The notes below the pieces were generated by a model, which saw only the letters and a list, made by a program, of their open reading frames with translations, had not been told where the DNA came from and did no database searches. The translations under genes were made by a program, and so were the position numbers. From Dehalococcoidia bacterium (GTDB lineage Bacteria > Chloroflexota > Dehalococcoidia > Plut-88900), in NCBI GenBank assembly GCA_965249275.1, contig CBDFLQ010000006.1:64001-128000 (forward strand): DNA of 64,000 nucleotides. Direction: 5' to 3'. This document shows positions 35,366-45,459 of this stretch, piece by piece (position 1 is the stretch's first letter; the number at the start of each line of letters is the position of its first letter).

Positions 35366-36747
35366 CTGATTTCCCCCGACTGCGCCGTCACCTTGTTCAG
35401 CTTCCGGTTCAGGTGCAGCCCCTCCAGTATGAACTCCACCCCCGACGCAACTGCTGCCGGCTTCTTGTCGCACTCCAGCTTCTGCAGCCCCTTTTCGAAG
35501 CCCCCGAGCTTCTTGACGAGACGAGTGTGTGTCCGGGAGTGGGCCATGTCCGAAATGCCCACACTTGCCCCTTCCTGGAACTGCGTAAGTAACGCAGCGA
35601 AGTCGGTAACGTTGAAATAGCGGGCAAATACGTTGGACACGGCCCGGTCCACGAGTCCGTCCAGCACCTGCTCGCTCCGCTCGTCCTCCACGGTCTCCAG
35701 CTCCAGCTTACCCAGCGTCGACGCCTTAAGATAAGTCAGGTCCGAAATCCTCGGCGCCGCCGCCTTCTCACCAGTGTGGAGCGCCCTCCGCATGGCGTTA
35801 CCCATAATGCTTTCGTAGTTTGCCGTCGATATCCTGACACTGACACCCGACCTCTGATTCACGTCCGGGCTCTTCCGAGCCAACGCCGACACTTGCGCCA
35901 CGATCTCCTTCATAAAGTGCGGCACCAGTGTCGTACGCCCATCCTCGAATCGCCGCGCTTCACTTTCCATTATTGCAATTTCGACTTCCGGCGTCTGGGG
36001 ATAGTGCGTGCGTATCTGGGCCCCATACCTGTCCTTGAGCGGCGTGATAATCCGTCCCCGGTTCGTGTAGTCCTCCGGGTTGGCGCTTGCTACCACCAGG
36101 ATGTCCAAAGGCAGCCGGATCTGGTATCCCTTGACCTGGATGTCACGTTCCTGCATCAAGTTGAATAGCCCGACTTGTAACCTTTCCGCCAGGTCGGGAA
36201 GCTCGTTGATGCAGAAAATGCCGCGGTTGGTCCTCGGGACCAGACCGTAGTGAATGGTAAGCTCGTCGGATAGATACCGTCCCTCGGTGACCTTGATCGG
36301 GTCGATGTCCCCGATCAAGTCGGCCATGGTCACGTCGGGAGTGGCAAGCTTCTCAGCGTAGCGATCGTCCCGGTGAAGCCAAGTCACCGGCGTCCCATCC
36401 CCGAGCTCGCGCACCTTGTCCCTGCAGGTACGGCAGACCGGAGCGTATGGGTCGTCGTTGATCTCGCACCCCTCCACCACGGGAACTTCCTCGTCCAGAA
36501 GACTCACCAAGCCGCGGATCATCCGGCTCTTCGCCTGCCCTCGCTCTCCGAGCACGATGATGTCCTGACCCGCCAGCAGGGCATTTTCAAGCTGGGGCAT
36601 AACCGTGTCCTCGTACCCGAGGATCCCTTCGAACAGCGGCTCCCGCTCCTCTAGCTTGCGGACCAGGTTCCGCCTTAGCTCCGCCTTTATAGACAGCGTC
36701 TCGTACCCCGACTCCCTAAGCTCTCCAACCGTACTGGCCTTTACCAT
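35353..36747 (-). CDS. Mg-chelatase-like AAA+ ATPase
   Basis: LGERGQAKSR, EKLATPD, DLIGDIDPIKV.EGR, RTNRGIFCINELPDL, ASANPEDYTNRGRIITPLKDR; start at MVKAST. Confidence 0.88.
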   Translation of the reverse strand: MVKASTVGELRESGYETLSIKAELRRNLVRKLEEREPLFEGILGYEDTVMPQLENALLAGQDIIVLGERGQAKSRMIRGLVSLLDEEVPVVEGCEINDDPYAPVCRTCRDKVRELGDGTPVTWLHRDDRYAEKLATPDVTMADLIGDIDPIKVTEGRYLSDELTIHYGLVPRTNRGIFCINELPDLAERLQVGLFNLMQERDIQVKGYQIRLPLDILVVASANPEDYTNRGRIITPLKDRYGAQIRTHYPQTPEVEIAIMESEARRFEDGRTTLVPHFMKEIVAQVSALARKSPDVNQRSGVSVRISTANYESIMGNAMRRALHTGEKAAAPRISDLTYLKASTLGKLELETVEDERSEQVLDGLVDRAVSNVFARYFNVTDFAALLTQFQEGASVGISDMAHSRTHTRLVKKLGGFEKGLQKLECDKKPAAVASGVEFILEGLHLNRKLNKVTAQSGEISYEA

Positions 36748-36802
36748 TTTTTCACCTTCGAATGAATTGATACCACTTCTTATCCCCTCTCCCTCCACCT
36801 CT

Positions 36803-36840
36803 GTCATTCCGAGGCCCCGCGAGGAATCTAGGACTTGCCC
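36803..36840. repeat. Intact REP family A copy
   Basis: GTCATTCCGAGGCCCCGCGAGGAATCTAGGACTTGCCC. Confidence 0.85.
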
Positions 36841-36973
36841 CTACACCTTCTGCCATGCCCTACCCCTCCCACGACCCCTCAATCTTAACGTTGCTCATGT
36901 TCCCAAACCCCCATCCCCAATGTCAAATTCTCCCCACCTTGCGATACGCACGCCGCGAATGTAGGCTTTCATC

Positions 36974-38140
36974 ATGCCGACCCACACCCTTACGCTCGAC
37001 ACGCTTTCCCTCGACGGCGAAGTAGTCGCAACGCTCAACGGCGAGTCAATACCCATCCCCCTCGCCATCCCCGGGGAGACCGTAGAGATTGAGGTCCATG
37101 AAAATCGGCGAGGCATAAAAACTGGCGTTGTCACCCGGGTAATTGACCCCTCTCCCCACCGCGTCGAGCCCCCGTGCCCCTACTTCGGCGAATGTGGCGG
37201 CTGCCAGTGGCAGCACGTCGCCTATTCTCATCAGCTTGATATGAAGCGCGACGTTCTCAAGAGGCGCCTTGAAGAGGTAGCTGGCTTGAAGTCTCCCAAC
37301 GTATCCCCGACCATCGCCTCTCCTTCGCAGTCCGGATACCGGAATCACGCACGGTTCTCCGTGGACCGGAAAGGGAGCCTCGGATTCACCCGAACCGGTA
37401 CCCACCGTCCCCTCAAAATCGACCGCTGCCTTCTCATGCACGAAGATATAAATGCCGTCTTGGCCGAACTCCAGGGCAAGGGCAAAGGCCTACGTCAGGT
37501 CGCTGTCAGGTGTGGTGCCAACACCGGAAGTCTTCTCATCCAACCCTCCCTCAACATCCCAGGCGTCAACGTCGAGTCCGGCCAGTCCGACTTCACCGAG
37601 TCTCTCTTCGGCTACAGCTTCAAAGTCTCCAGCCCGTCCTTCTTCCAGGTCAACACGCCCCAGGCCGAGCGAATGACCGCCGAACTTAGGGACCGACTCT
37701 ACCCTACCGGAGATGAACTCCTTTTCGACGCCTACGGCGGCGTGGGAACTTTCGCTGTCCTCCTTGCCCCCTACTACCGGGAGATAGTCACCCTGGAGGA
37801 GTCTCCCTCAGCCATCGAGGACGCCTTGATAAACTGTCGACCCTTCTCCAACGTAACCGTTATGAAGGGAAAGGCAGAGGAGGTGCTTTCGGAGATTGAG
37901 GCCCTACCCGACACTGTAATTCTCGATCCTCCCCGCGTCGGCTGCCACCCCAGGATCTTGGAGGTGCTTACCTCCCTGCGGCCGCGGAAGATAGGCTACG
38001 TATCCTGTTCCCCGAGCACGTTGGCCCGGGATTTGGCATTCCTCACCGGCAACGGCTATTCTCTAAGGGAAGCCGTGCCCATCGATATGTTTCCCCAGAC
38101 CCACCACGTCGAGTCCATATCCATCCTCGAAAGGACCTGA
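36974..38140 (+). CDS. rlmD: 23S rRNA (uracil-C5)-methyltransferase, RlmD/RumA family
   Basis: RVEPPCPYFGECGGCQWQH, SFFQVN, LDPPRVG, YVSC, DMFPQTHHVE. Confidence 0.9.
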   Translation: MPTHTLTLDTLSLDGEVVATLNGESIPIPLAIPGETVEIEVHENRRGIKTGVVTRVIDPSPHRVEPPCPYFGECGGCQWQHVAYSHQLDMKRDVLKRRLEEVAGLKSPNVSPTIASPSQSGYRNHARFSVDRKGSLGFTRTGTHRPLKIDRCLLMHEDINAVLAELQGKGKGLRQVAVRCGANTGSLLIQPSLNIPGVNVESGQSDFTESLFGYSFKVSSPSFFQVNTPQAERMTAELRDRLYPTGDELLFDAYGGVGTFAVLLAPYYREIVTLEESPSAIEDALINCRPFSNVTVMKGKAEEVLSEIEALPDTVILDPPRVGCHPRILEVLTSLRPRKIGYVSCSPSTLARDLAFLTGNGYSLREAVPIDMFPQTHHVESISILERT

Positions 38141-38143
38141 CCA

Positions 38144-38803
38144 ATGGCTGCTAAAGACGGCCCGACCCTGGTCCTAGCCTCCCGCTCCCCGAGACGCCGG
38201 GAGATCATGGACGCGATCGGGGTGAGCTACGAAATCGTCCCTGCTGACATAGACGAGGCCTCACTCCTGGACCAGGCCGCTGGCCCGGAGGACGCAGCCC
38301 GCAGGCTAGCCCTGAGCAAGGCCGAGGCCGTAGCCAAACTCCGCCCCGAGGCCCACGTCCTCGCCGCCGATACCGTAGTCTGCCTGAGTCGTCGCATCTT
38401 CGGGAAGCCCGCTGACGAGCAGGAAGCCACCGACATGCTGAAAGCCCTGCGGGGAAAACCCCATCGGGTGGTCACGGGCCTCGCTCTTCTGCCACCTGGA
38501 CCCGCAGACCCTATTGTCGCCCACATCAACACCTCAGTCCTAATGCGTCCCTACACGGACGAGGAAATCGACGCCTATGTCGCCACCGGCTCCCCCATGG
38601 ACAAGGCAGGCGCATACGGAGTCCAGGACACTGAATTTCATCCCGCCGCCCCCGTCAACGGCTGCTACTTCAACGTAGTCGGACTTCCCCTCTGCGCCGC
38701 CTCGGAGATGCTCAGGCAGGCGGGTTTCCCGCCCGTAGTAGACTTGCGTGTCGCTGCGGCGTGCGTCAGCCACCGCTGCCCCTTCGCCGGGTTCGGTCAC
38801 TAG
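38144..38803 (+). CDS. maf: Maf-family NTP pyrophosphatase
   Basis: LASRSPRR, AADTVV, GKP, H.V.TG, DKAGAYGVQ, NVVGLP. Confidence 0.93.
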   Translation: MAAKDGPTLVLASRSPRRREIMDAIGVSYEIVPADIDEASLLDQAAGPEDAARRLALSKAEAVAKLRPEAHVLAADTVVCLSRRIFGKPADEQEATDMLKALRGKPHRVVTGLALLPPGPADPIVAHINTSVLMRPYTDEEIDAYVATGSPMDKAGAYGVQDTEFHPAAPVNGCYFNVVGLPLCAASEMLRQAGFPPVVDLRVAAACVSHRCPFAGFGH

Positions 38804-38825
38804 CGGGCAATACTTGGAGAGCCTA

Positions 38826-40073
38826 CTACTTCCCCCGGTTACCGCCCGACAGACCACCCCCCGCTCGGGGCGAAATCATCAGTCCCGCTAAAGAAACCGC
38901 TATTGGGCATAGAGCTGAGATTATCATGGCCAGGTGCAGGCTTCCCGTTGCCGTCTGCACCGCCCCCACCATCACCGGCCCGATGAAGCTCCCGACCCAC
39001 AACATTGTGAACATCACGCCTTGGATTACCGCTGCCTCCCGGGGCGTGATACCCGGAAGCTCGAACGGAAGCGACGTAAACGGTATCCAGAACGCCCCTC
39101 TAGCCAAGCCGTTGATTATGAAGGTCACAACCAGAATGGGCAGAGACCCGGTGAACAGTACGGCCAGCGATGTGACGGTTACCAAGACTCCTATCCCGAT
39201 GAGCGGGATCCGGTAACCCCCGAATCGGCTGATCACCGGCAACATCACGAATCCCCCCACCGCCACCACCACCCCTACCACTCCAATTATTAGCCCGGCC
39301 TGTACAAGAGACATGTCATATGTCTCTTGCATGAACTTAGGCCAGAAGGTGAATTGGGACATCTGGGCTATCGCATATCCCAGTATTCCTACGCCCAGTA
39401 ACCAGGGCTCTTTGTACTTGAACAGACTCCTAATCGGCGAGCCTTCTTGCGACTGCTCTACCTCTCGGTAATCCGCGGTGCGGTTTTCACGGCCAAGTAG
39501 CACCCAGGCTATCGCCATTCCGATACTGAAGAAGCCCCAGGCATATAGGGTCTTCCGCCAGTCGTTATCAAACGCCTCCAGCAGCATTGGTGCTACTACG
39601 AAGCTCACCGTAAGGCTCACCCCGAACACCGCGTTGAGTATCCCGCTCGAAAGCTGTATCTCTTTCCGTGGCAGCCATTGCCGCACAAGCAGCACCCGAG
39701 ACGCCTCCCGCGCCACCGGGGTAATCCCGAAAAGCACACGTCCAAGCAGCAGGACCACAAAGTTTGCGGCCTCTGCCTGCATGAACACGAAACCAGCCCC
39801 CAGAAACAGCGTTATCGCCGTCAGCAGCATCGGCCTGAACCGAGACATCCAAAGCCCGAAGGGTATCGAAAAGATAAGGCTGCCGATAATTGCCGAAGAG
39901 CCGAGCCACCCCTGCTCCAGGGGCGATAGCCCCAGGTCCTCCGCCATTGCGGGAAGGAGCACTCCCAGCACCAGCGCTCCCACCATCGCCGAGGCGTGCG
40001 CGATGTTAAACGTCATCATCACCACCCAGCGGTATGGTGATGGCGCAGTTATTTCTGCAGGTGGACTAATCAA
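38826..40073 (-). CDS. MFS transporter
   Basis: About 12 hydrophobic segments; LPAMAEDLGLS..EQGWL. Confidence 0.85.
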   Translation of the reverse strand: MISPPAEITAPSPYRWVVMMTFNIAHASAMVGALVLGVLLPAMAEDLGLSPLEQGWLGSSAIIGSLIFSIPFGLWMSRFRPMLLTAITLFLGAGFVFMQAEAANFVVLLLGRVLFGITPVAREASRVLLVRQWLPRKEIQLSSGILNAVFGVSLTVSFVVAPMLLEAFDNDWRKTLYAWGFFSIGMAIAWVLLGRENRTADYREVEQSQEGSPIRSLFKYKEPWLLGVGILGYAIAQMSQFTFWPKFMQETYDMSLVQAGLIIGVVGVVVAVGGFVMLPVISRFGGYRIPLIGIGVLVTVTSLAVLFTGSLPILVVTFIINGLARGAFWIPFTSLPFELPGITPREAAVIQGVMFTMLWVGSFIGPVMVGAVQTATGSLHLAMIISALCPIAVSLAGLMISPRAGGGLSGGNRGK

Positions 40074-40137
40074 GCGGTCATTGACCCGGGTCCCGTCGTC
40101 CTTTCAGGCCGTCTCATAAATCAGGTCCTGTCCTCAT

Positions 40138-41436
40138 TCAGTTTTTCTCCGGCCTAGGTCTGTCTCTGAACAGCATGAGCCCCGCGGCGGCCATTGTAAG
40201 TCCAAAGAAAGAGCTTATCACCATCGGCCATACCCGATCTCCCGTCGCGTCCCACGCTATTCCTACAAACGCGGGGCCCATTACACCCCCCAGCCGCCCC
40301 ACCCCTTCGATAAACCCGGACGCCACCGCTATCTGCCTGTGCGTAACCCCAGGTATCTCGAACGGCACTGTCCAAATCAGCGACACGAAGGAAAACCCGA
40401 CGCCGTGAAGCGCCGCAAAAGTCCACAGGAGCGGTATGGCTGTACTCGCATTCATCCCTATCGCTGTGCCGACCAGCAGCAATGCCAGTATCGTCACTAT
40501 TGGACGCCGCATCCCTCTCGATATCCGTCCCATCAACATCGCCGACAAAGCCACGCTGCCTATACCCTCGCAAATCGCCCCCGTCAACAGCATCGCACCG
40601 GATATGGTCTCCTCTATGCCTCGTTCTCGCAGCATCAACGTCGGCCAGAGAGTAAGTATGGAGAATTCCATTACCAGCATCCCGGCCATTCCTACCCCCA
40701 CCACCCAAACATCCTTCTCCTTGAGCACCGACCAGAGGGATGTGTCACCCGAGCCCCCGCGCTCCTGCAAAGCGGGGACGGCTATCGGTTCCTCCGTTCT
40801 GCGTTCCTTGCCTATGGCGGCCCAAACCAGCGTGACTACTACGAATATTGCCCCGTATATCGTGAGTGTCCCCCGCCAGCTTTCGTCCAGCCATATTTGC
40901 AAGTATGGAGTCAGCAGAAGGGCAATCACCGCCGAGGCGCCGTAGGTGGTGTTGACCAGACCGTTCACCAGCACGATCTCCCGTCTCGGGAACCACTGGG
41001 CGGTCAGCATGGCACGCGCCGGCTGCCGAGCCACAATTGCAATGCCGAATGCCAGGCGCGCCAGCAGCAACACCGTATAGGTCGGGGCCCAGGCCTGGAC
41101 TATCACGAACGTCGTCCCGAAGGCCAGGGACCCCAATAAGACTTTGCTCGCGTCCGGCCGGGACAGCCACAGTCCTGCTGGCAGGGACATAATCATTGTC
41201 CCTATGAACATGGACGAACCCAGGAACCCCTGTTGTGCAGAGGAAAGCCCCAGGTCCTCGGAGATGTTGGGCAGCAGGATGCCCAGGGAGAGCATAATGA
41301 GGGAGTTGAGGATGTTGGATAGGCCCAAGAACGCCAACACCACAAACCTGAACCTTGATGGCGGCCTGTTACCAGGGTCTATGACAAACCCCTCCTCCGA
41401 GCAGGCGATGTGGACAACATTCTCACGTCTCCGCAC
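40138..41436 (-). CDS. MFS transporter, paralogous to the adjacent one; start uncertain
   Basis: About 12 TM segments; LPNISEDLGLSSAQQGFL, QWFPRREI, PFEIPG shared with the neighbour. Confidence 0.85.
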   Translation of the reverse strand: MRRRENVVHIACSEEGFVIDPGNRPPSRFRFVVLAFLGLSNILNSLIMLSLGILLPNISEDLGLSSAQQGFLGSSMFIGTMIMSLPAGLWLSRPDASKVLLGSLAFGTTFVIVQAWAPTYTVLLLARLAFGIAIVARQPARAMLTAQWFPRREIVLVNGLVNTTYGASAVIALLLTPYLQIWLDESWRGTLTIYGAIFVVVTLVWAAIGKERRTEEPIAVPALQERGGSGDTSLWSVLKEKDVWVVGVGMAGMLVMEFSILTLWPTLMLRERGIEETISGAMLLTGAICEGIGSVALSAMLMGRISRGMRRPIVTILALLLVGTAIGMNASTAIPLLWTFAALHGVGFSFVSLIWTVPFEIPGVTHRQIAVASGFIEGVGRLGGVMGPAFVGIAWDATGDRVWPMVISSFFGLTMAAAGLMLFRDRPRPEKN

Positions 41437-41574
41437 ATTCTAAAGTATTCTTTGATTGCGGCGGAGGTCTTCTGCCGCTCTATTGTTGGCCGCAAGCCCT
41501 TTTCGTATACTTTCGACGTATCCCCTCTTCTCACTCATCTTCCACGGCCTGGATTCAGAAATCCCAACTCTCAC

Positions 41575-42243
41575 GTGAACGACCTTACCGAGCCACAGGG
41601 CCTAGAGGCCCAAGAATCCCCTGCGCCTCCACAGCGTCACAACATGTTCTCGGGGGTTCAGCTCCTCCTGGAAAAGGCCGGCATCAAACGCCAACATCTG
41701 ATTGCCGGTGCAGCCGTCGCCGCCGCGGCCGCCAGTGTTGGGGCCTTCTTCCTCCACGATTTCCTCTTCGACCAGCAAAACCTGATCTCCCTGGGCTACG
41801 CCGGCGTATTCATCTTCACGTTTCTGGGTGCGGCTACCATTTTTCTGCCCAGCGCCAGCAGTCTGGTGGTCATTGGGGCCGGGGCATGGCTCAATCCCTT
41901 CCTTGTGGGACTCGTAGCTGGCACCGCCGCAAGCCTGGGCGAGTTTACCGGCTATGCCATTGGATACGAGGGCGGCGAGCTTCTCGAAAGGCGCAGCAGG
42001 GTTTTCCAACGGGCCAAAGGTTGGATGGAGAAACGCGGAAGCATCACCCTATTTCTCCTATCGATCTTACCCAATCCCTTCTTTGACGCCGCGGGTTTGG
42101 CCGCGGGCGCCAGCAAGTTCCCCATCAAGAGGTTCTTCGCCATCGTATGGGTGGGCAAGACCATCCAGGCAATCGTCGGCGCATACCTCGGGGAGCGTAC
42201 GTGGGACTGGCTTTCCGAGATAATCGACCGAATACTCTCCTGA
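41575..42243 (+). CDS. VTT/DedA (SNARE-associated) membrane protein
   Basis: LGYAGVF, ASLGEFTGYAIG, PNPFFDAAGLAAG, VGKTI; GTG start chosen. Confidence 0.8.
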   Translation: MNDLTEPQGLEAQESPAPPQRHNMFSGVQLLLEKAGIKRQHLIAGAAVAAAAASVGAFFLHDFLFDQQNLISLGYAGVFIFTFLGAATIFLPSASSLVVIGAGAWLNPFLVGLVAGTAASLGEFTGYAIGYEGGELLERRSRVFQRAKGWMEKRGSITLFLLSILPNPFFDAAGLAAGASKFPIKRFFAIVWVGKTIQAIVGAYLGERTWDWLSEIIDRILS

Positions 42244-42354
42244 CCCGTTCCGGCTCCCTCGACTGCTCAGATACAATCTCACCGGCATTCAGTGTAAAAT
42301 TAACGTTTGGATGCTCCTTTTTTATCAATAAAAACAGGTCTTTTAAATAGCCTT

Positions 42355-42999
42355 ATGCCAGTTTACTATCCAGCATTTCTCAGCATCGAGGGCCGACCCT
42401 GCCTCGTCGTCGGCGGTGGCCAGATCGCCGAGCGAAAGGTCAAGGGCCTCTTGGAGGCTGGGGGCAAGGTTACCCTGGTAAGTCCCACCGTCACCCCGAG
42501 ACTTCGCCGCCGCATAGACAAGGGTCAGGTCGAGTATTTCAACCGCGAGTTCCAGTCCTCGGACATGTACGGCATATACCTCCTCATCACCGCCACCGAC
42601 GACATGCCCCTCAACCGAGAGATCGGCATCGAAGGACGCAACCTTGGCCTCGTCGTCAACGTCGTCGACGATCCCGACTATTGCGACTTCATAGCCCCCT
42701 CCATCGTCCGCCGCGGCGAGATCACCTTCGCTATCTCTACAGCCGGGGCCAGTCCCGCATTGGCCCGTTGGCTCCGGCGCCAAATCGAGCAACAGTTCCC
42801 ACCCTCATACGCCGGTCTTGCCAAGGTCATGGCCAAGGTGCGTCTCCAGGTTAGAGGCGGAGGCCACGTCGTCAGTGCAACTAGGTGGCAAAAGTCCATA
42901 GATGAGAGTTTCTTAACCCTGGTCAAGCAACGCAGACTCGCCGAGGCCAGGCGTCACCTATTTGCTGCGTTGACCGGCAGTCGGTCCACAGCGAAATGA
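42355..42999 (+). CDS. Precorrin-2 dehydrogenase/sirohydrochlorin ferrochelatase (SirC/Met8-like)
   Basis: YYPAFL, VVGGGQIAERK, ATDD, VNVVDDP..CDFIAP, ISTAGASPALA. Confidence 0.92.
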   Translation: MPVYYPAFLSIEGRPCLVVGGGQIAERKVKGLLEAGGKVTLVSPTVTPRLRRRIDKGQVEYFNREFQSSDMYGIYLLITATDDMPLNREIGIEGRNLGLVVNVVDDPDYCDFIAPSIVRRGEITFAISTAGASPALARWLRRQIEQQFPPSYAGLAKVMAKVRLQVRGGGHVVSATRWQKSIDESFLTLVKQRRLAEARRHLFAALTGSRSTAK

Positions 43000-43012
43000 A
43001 CGAGCCGCGACG

Positions 43013-43936
43013 GTGATGAACACCATAAAGCTGGGTACGCGGGCCAGTGATCTCGCTATGGAGCAGGCCCGAGAAACGTCTCGGGCCCTCACGAGAGCCT
43101 ACCCGAGCCTTAACGTCGAAATCGTCCCCGTCCATGCCCTCGGAGACCATGACAAGGTGTCTCCTATCGCCAAGCTGGGCGCTCGGGGCGTCTTCGTATC
43201 TACATTGGAAGACCGGCTCCTCTCCGGCGAGATCGACTCCGCTGTCCACAGCCTTAAGGACATGCCCACTGATACCGCCGAGGGATTCGTACTCGCCGCA
43301 GTACTGGAACGCCTCGATCCCCGGGACGTCCTGCTCACCTCCAACGGCCGCGGCTTGAAAGAACTGGCCCCCGATTCCCGTGTCGGCACCGGAAGCCCCC
43401 GACGCGCCGTTCAGATCAAGGCCGCTCGCCCCGATATTGAAATCACCGGCATACGCGGCAACATCGACACGCGTATCCGCAAACTCTACAACGGTGACTA
43501 CGATGCCATAGTCCTCGCCGCCGCGGGTCTCATCCGCATGGGTTGGCAGGACCGTATTGCAGAGTACCTCCCAGTTGAGACCTGCCTTCCTTCCATGGGC
43601 CAGGGCGCACTCGCCATCGAGACCCTCGCCACCAACACGGAGGTCACCCAACTCTTCGCTGAAATCGAGCACACCCCCACCCGCCAGGCCGTCGACGCCG
43701 AGCGGTCCTTCTTAAGGCAACTTGGCAGCGGCTGCCTCGCCCCGGTCACCGCTCATGCTACATTGAATGGCGATACATTGGCCTTGTCCGGACTAGTCGG
43801 CCACCCCGAAACTTATCAAATTATGACTGATTCCATAAAAGGAAGCCCTGAAGATCCCGAGGGTCTGGGAATACTTCTCGCCGAAAGGCTCAAGGCCCAA
43901 GGCGCAGAAGCCTTGCTCGCAGGAGTTGTATCTTGA
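43013..43936 (+). CDS. hemC: Hydroxymethylbilane synthase
   Basis: GTRASDLA, VHSLKD, GTGSPRR, RGNIDTR, GQGALA, GCLAP. Confidence 0.95.
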   Translation: MMNTIKLGTRASDLAMEQARETSRALTRAYPSLNVEIVPVHALGDHDKVSPIAKLGARGVFVSTLEDRLLSGEIDSAVHSLKDMPTDTAEGFVLAAVLERLDPRDVLLTSNGRGLKELAPDSRVGTGSPRRAVQIKAARPDIEITGIRGNIDTRIRKLYNGDYDAIVLAAAGLIRMGWQDRIAEYLPVETCLPSMGQGALAIETLATNTEVTQLFAEIEHTPTRQAVDAERSFLRQLGSGCLAPVTAHATLNGDTLALSGLVGHPETYQIMTDSIKGSPEDPEGLGILLAERLKAQGAEALLAGVVS

Positions 43937-45459
43937 GCGGCGTCGGGTTGGTGGCCCTGGTCGGCGCTGGCCCCGGAGACCCGGGCCTCATCACCGTAAA
44001 GGCCTTGGAATACATCAAGCGCGCCGATGTCATCGTCTACGATAGGCTGGTAAACCCTGTCCTCCTGGACCATGCCCCCGAGACCTGTGAACTGGTCTAC
44101 GTGGGCAAAACTCCGAAGCATCACACAAAGACCCAGGACGAGATCAACAACATCCTGGTCGCCCAGGCCAAACAGGGCAAGCTCGTCGTCAGGCTCAAGG
44201 GCGGAGACCCCTTCCTCTTCGGCAGGGGTGGGGAGGAGGCCGAGATCCTCGCCGCCAAAGACCTGCCTTTTGAGGTCATACCCGGCGTTTCCTCCGCAAT
44301 CGCTGCTCCCGCTTACGCCGGCATCCCGGTCACCCACCGAGACCTCTCCTCCTCCGTGGCCGTGGTCACCGGCCACGAGGACCCTGAAAAGTCCCGGGTC
44401 TCCGTTGACTGGGCTGCCCTCGCCCACGGCCCCGATACCCTTGTCATCCTTATGGGCCTCGGCAATCTTCAGTCGATTACCGACTGGCTCATTGAGGCCG
44501 GTAAGGCCCCCAACACTCCTGTCGCACTCATACAGGACGCCACCACTCCCGACCAGAAAACTGTCACCGGCACACTTGCCGATATCGCCCGGAAAGCCAA
44601 TGAAGCGGGCCTCAAACCCCCCGCCGTCGCCGTAATAGGAAACGTGGTAGGCCTCCGAGATCAGATCTCGTGGCACGAGACCCGGCCCCTTTCCAACCGT
44701 CGCATCCTCGTAACCCGTGCCCGCAAGCAGGCCAGCGCCCTATCTTTCAGGCTCGCCACGCTCGGTGCGGAGGTAATCGAGCTTCCCGCTATTGAAATTA
44801 CCCAGTCGTCTGATCACCGGAAAGCCCTTGAAGAGGCGGTCGGCAGTGTGCACGAATACGACTGGGCTATCTTCACCAGCGTGAACGGTGTCTCCCTATT
44901 TTTTGACCGATGGCGCACCCTCGGGGCCCGACCCGACTCCCTGAACGGCTTGAAACTTGCCGCCATCGGCCCCGAGACCGCCAAGGCCATCAAGAGCTAC
45001 GGTTTCCCGGTATCCGTCACCGCCTCTACCTATACCGCCGAAGGACTCCTGGATTCCCTCGCCACCCTGGACATGCAAGGGACCAGAGTCATGCTCCCAA
45101 GAGCCGAGGGTTCCAGGCCCGTGCTTCCCGCAGGGCTGACAAAAATGGGCGCAACTGTGGAGGAGTTCCTTACCTACGGCGCCTCGGGCCCACAGAGAAA
45201 GCCCGAGCAGGCGATCAAACGGCTCCGGGCCGGAGAGGTGGATATCGCCACCTTCGCCAGCTCGTCCACGGTCAAGAACCTTGTTAGTATGCTGGAAGGC
45301 GACGTCGCCCCACTGAAGAACACCTGCGTGGCCTGCATAGGCCCCGTGACCGCTGCAACCGCCGAGGAACTGGGCCTGAATGTCGCTATTGTGGCCCGTG
45401 AACACACCATACCCGGTCTCGTAGACGCTATACTTGAGGGCAAAGGAGGTCTGACATGA
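43933..45459 (+). CDS. cobA: Uroporphyrinogen-III C-methyltransferase/synthase fusion (CobA-HemD)
   Basis: VGAGPGDPGLIT, RLKGGDP, PGVSS; second domain ILVTRA, FTSVNGV, AIGPETA, FASSSTV. Confidence 0.93.
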   Translation: MSGVGLVALVGAGPGDPGLITVKALEYIKRADVIVYDRLVNPVLLDHAPETCELVYVGKTPKHHTKTQDEINNILVAQAKQGKLVVRLKGGDPFLFGRGGEEAEILAAKDLPFEVIPGVSSAIAAPAYAGIPVTHRDLSSSVAVVTGHEDPEKSRVSVDWAALAHGPDTLVILMGLGNLQSITDWLIEAGKAPNTPVALIQDATTPDQKTVTGTLADIARKANEAGLKPPAVAVIGNVVGLRDQISWHETRPLSNRRILVTRARKQASALSFRLATLGAEVIELPAIEITQSSDHRKALEEAVGSVHEYDWAIFTSVNGVSLFFDRWRTLGARPDSLNGLKLAAIGPETAKAIKSYGFPVSVTASTYTAEGLLDSLATLDMQGTRVMLPRAEGSRPVLPAGLTKMGATVEEFLTYGASGPQRKPEQAIKRLRAGEVDIATFASSSTVKNLVSMLEGDVAPLKNTCVACIGPVTAATAEELGLNVAIVAREHTIPGLVDAILEGKGGLT

